Positions 60,635-64,000 of a stretch of DNA of 64,000 nucleotides are shown piece by piece; the first letter of the stretch is position 1, and every line of letters starts with the position of its first letter. Both the position numbers and the translations under genes were made by a program. This stretch comes from Macrostomum hystrix. Its lineage: Eukaryota; Animalia; Platyhelminthes. Below the pieces are notes generated by a model. That model did not search any database. It saw only the letters and a list, made by a program, of their open reading frames with translations, and was not told the origin of the DNA. The stretch spans positions 806,001-870,000 of the forward strand of contig CATNEN010000030.1 of assembly GCA_950097015.1 (NCBI GenBank), given 5' to 3'.

Positions 60635-62238
60635 GCATGAAGTATCAAAGTGGTAGCATGAATTGTCGCGGATGAAGCATGAAGTATCAAAGTGGTAGCA
60701 TGAATTGTCGCGGATGAAGCATGAAGTATCAAAGTGGTAGCATGAATTGTCGCGGATGAAGCATGAAGTATCAAAGTGGTAGCATGAATTGTCGCGGATG
60801 AAGCATGAAGTATCAAAGTGGTAGCATGAATTGTCACGGATGAAGCATGAAGTATCAAAGTGGTATCATGAATTATCACGGATGAAGCATGAAGCATCAA
60901 AGTGGTAGCATGAATTGTCGCGGATGAAGCATGAAGTATCAAAGTGGTAGCATGAATTGTCGCGGATGAAGCATGAAAGTATCAAAGTGGTAGCATGAAT
61001 TGTCGCGGGATGAAGCATGAAGTATCAAGTGGTATCATGAATTATCACGGATGAAGCATGAAGTATCAAAGTGGTAGCATGAATTGTCGCGGATGAAGCA
61101 TGGAAGTATCAAAGTGGTAGCATGAATTATCACGGATGAAGCATGAAGTATCAAAGTGGTAGCATGAATTATCGCGGATGAAGCATGAAGTATCAAAGTG
61201 GTAGCATGAATTGTCACGGATGAAGCATGAAGTATCAAAGTGGTATCATGAATTATCACGGATGAAGCATGAAGTATCAAAGTGGTAGCATGAATTATCA
61301 CGGATGAAGCATGAAGTATCAAAGTGGTAGCATGAATTATCGCGGATGAAGCATGAAGTATCAAAGTGGTAGCATGAATTATCGCGGATGAAGCAGGAAG
61401 TATCAAAGTGGTAGCATGAATTGTCGCGGATGAAGCATGAAGTATCAAAGTGGTAGCATGAATTGTCGCGGATGAAGCATGAAGTATCAAAGTGGTAGCA
61501 TGAATTGTCGCGGATGAAGCATGAAGTATCAAAGTGGTATCATGAATTATCACGGATGAAGCATGAAGTATCAAAGTGGTAGCATGAATTATCACGGATG
61601 AAGCATGAAGTATCAAAGTGGTATCATGAATTATCACGGATGAAGCATGAAGTATCAAAGTGGTAGCATGAATTGTCGCGGATGAAGCAGGAAGTATCAA
61701 AGTGGTAGCATGAATTGTCGCGGATGAAGCAGGAAGTATCAAAGTGGTAGCATGAATTGTCGCGGATGAAGCATGAAGTATCAAAGTGGTAGCATGAATT
61801 GTCACGGATGAAGCATGAAGTATCAAAGTGGTCAACGAGGGAGAAGCATGAGTTAACGAGGGGGAAGCATGAATTAACGAGGGGGAAGCATGAATTAACG
61901 AGGGGGAAGCATGAGTTAACGAGGGGGAAGCATGAATTAACGAGGGGGAAGCATGAATTAACGAGGGGGAAGCATGAGTTAACGAGGGGGAAGCATGAGT
62001 TAACGAGGGGGAAGCATGAATTAACGAGGGGAAGCATGAGTTAACGAGGGGGAAGCATGAGTTAACGAGGGGGAAGCATGAGTTAACGAGGGGGAAGCAT
62101 GAGTTAACGAGGGGGAAGCATGAGTTAACGAGGGGGAAGCATGAGTTAACAAGGGGGAAGCATGAGTTAACGAGGGGGAAGCATGTATTAACGAGGGGAA
62201 GCATATATTAACGAGGGGGAAGCATGAACTAACGAGGG
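60635..62238. repeat. 42-nt minisatellite (60635-61830) abutting a related 21-nt minisatellite GAAGCATGA(G/A)TTAACGAGGGG (61831-62238)
   Basis: Read directly. Confidence 0.97.
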
Positions 62239-63509
62239 ATGGCATGAGTTTTTGAGCGGCTTTGTCGAGGGTTAGCATTGTATATCAAAGGGGTAGCAGG
62301 ATTTATCGTTTTATCGATTATCGATTCATCGTATTAAGTTTTTCCTATTTAACTTTAGAACTACAGTGTGTAAGATTTTTAAGACCATTGTGGTTCACAT
62401 TTATCCGAATATAGAACCCAAGCCAATAGCCAATGGCCGTGCGCCTCGTGTTTGGGGCGCGACGAAGGCTGGAGGTGGTGAGGGGTGGAACAGGCCGATA
62501 AAAGGGACCAGATCCCGGCTCCTTGGGAGACTGCCGCGCTCCTCAAAAGCTCTTTAGTTGAGACATCAAAGCGTTTAGCTTTAGCTTCAATCGGCGGAAA
62601 GTTATTGATTATTAATAGCCCGCTTTAGTATATAGGGATTGAGATTCGAGTCCTGCATCAAAAACTACCAGGTGAGATCTTGAGTTTTGATTTTTTCTCC
62701 AATTGCAAATATTTCTTCAGGGTTTTGCTCCGATATTTTAACTTTAGAAGTATCTTATTTACTCGCTCTACTCAGTTTTCCATTTTTTAACTTTGTTGCA
62801 TCTCAAAGCAAATCTTTTTGGTTGCGTTTGGTTGAAACTCAACTACTGCACTCTGTCAATACTGCTGGACTGCTTTATTGACAGATTCTTCCAGCTGGGA
62901 ACCTTGCTTATGAAATACCGTTTGTTACAAAGTAACTCAAGGTTGAGTAAAAAAAATATTGAGTCTCGAGTGCAGCTAAGAATTAGCCGCTTCCATCGCT
63001 TTGAGCAAAAGTTTTCATTTGCGTCGTTTAACTAAAGCGGTGGTTAAATTGAGGCCGCTTTGTGTCTGTAAAATAGCTCAATAGCGCATTAGCAATCACT
63101 GGTTACAAGTATATGGCAGAATGGCTTGTGCTTCACTTAGATATTACCTGCGTTGGCCAGCTTGTCTGGCTACCTTTTTTCTTCTCAAACCCAAAAAATG
63201 CACAAGATAGAAAGATATCTAGAATTAATATTGATGAATTGGGCCTCGTCTGGTATTCACAAGTCACAAGGACTCAACCCAAAAGTAGCCCTGGCATTCT
63301 GTATATCTCTGAACTATTGTCTGCGGCTGAGCAAGCCTATTGAGCAAAAAATCTAAACTAAGGATGCCATTGACTTTAGTACTAGTATCTGAAGCAAATG
63401 CACACTGGCACAGGATAGTGTGCAAATTAAGTGACCACTCAATAGAAGTCTGACGTCACTGCGAAGGGAAAATCTTCTCGCAGAATATCGTCAAAGGCAT
63501 CCTTTAAAT

Positions 63510-63991
63510 CAGGGTCGGCAAACTTTTTAGCTGGCGGGCCAAAGAGAGAACCTAAAAGACGACTGCGGGCCGTATTGACTGTAGAAACATGGGATTGGGG
63601 AGAGATGAGACACGGGAGAGATGAGACACGGGAAAGACGAAACCGAGGAGAGACGAGGCAGGGGAGAGATGAGACACTGGAGAGATGAGACATGGGAGAG
63701 ATGAGACATGGGAGAGATGAGACACGGGAGAGATGAGACACGGGAAAGACGAGACCGAGGAGAGATGAGGCAGGGGAGAGATGAGACACGGGAGAGATGA
63801 GACACTGGAGAGATGAGACACGGGAGAGATGAGACACGGGAGAGATGAGACACGGGAAAGACGAGACCGAGGAGAGATGAGGCAGGGGAAAGATGCAACA
63901 GGATACCGTAGGTGTCGGAAGGTGCAGCGGGCCGGATTTGGGAGCTTCGAGGGCCGCATCTGGCCCGCGGACCGGAGTTTGTCAACCCCTG
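63510..63991 (-). mobile_element. Non-autonomous hAT MITE, copy 2, 482 nt, opposite orientation
   Basis: The 8-bp TSD CTTTAAAT occurs at 63502-63509 and 63992-63999. TIRs and subterminal arms are collinear with copy 1. The internal 16-nt repeat array is longer. Confidence 0.93.
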
Positions 63992-64000
63992 CTTTAAATT

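Noticed and set aside
1013-62238. Common helical (10.5-bp) phasing of all repeat units
   Set aside because: Units of 16, 17, 18, 23, 24 and 29 nt do not fit; only some (21, 31, 42) do.
61831-62238. G-quadruplex potential of G4/G5 runs (also 9912-10620 and 19880-21212)
   Set aside because: One G-run per unit gives 16-20-nt loops, so stability cannot be supported from sequence alone.
3040-63985. Many long ORFs in the track with periodic peptides (for example 48910-50095, 56344-56920, 57487-58352, 61035-62204, 31840-32963)
   Set aside because: They are translations of tandem repeats, open in several frames and on both strands, and several lie inside introns of confirmed genes.

Overview
This is eukaryotic (animal) genomic DNA, not prokaryotic. 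The GC-rich, poly-Q/poly-G/poly-A exons and introns packed with unrelated minisatellites suggest a free-living flatworm such as Macrostomum; this is inference and no search was run. Seven genes or gene models could be assembled by hand from GT-AG junctions and reading-frame checks: a MARCH-type RING-CH E3 ligase (+), a two-cluster C2H2 zinc-finger protein with CtBP motifs (+), YTHDF (-), a Robo receptor (+), an orphan peptide-type GPCR (-), a 144-aa ORF resembling an Rdx/SelW fold without its redox motif (-), and a GnRH/AKH-family GPCR (-). About one third of the window (~20 kb by hand tally) is tandem repeat from more than 20 different unit families. Mobile DNA comprises two hAT MITE copies with 8-bp TSDs, two tRNA-headed SINE copies and the 3' end of a Ty3/Gypsy element. 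Three genes carry frame breaks that all resolve by removing 3n+1 bases; assembly insertion error is the most likely cause. I found no evidence strong enough to claim a new biological system. The best leads are the redox-dead Rdx-like ORF, a MITE that carries and may seed a minisatellite, and satellites built from CCAAT-box or Pol III B-box motifs.
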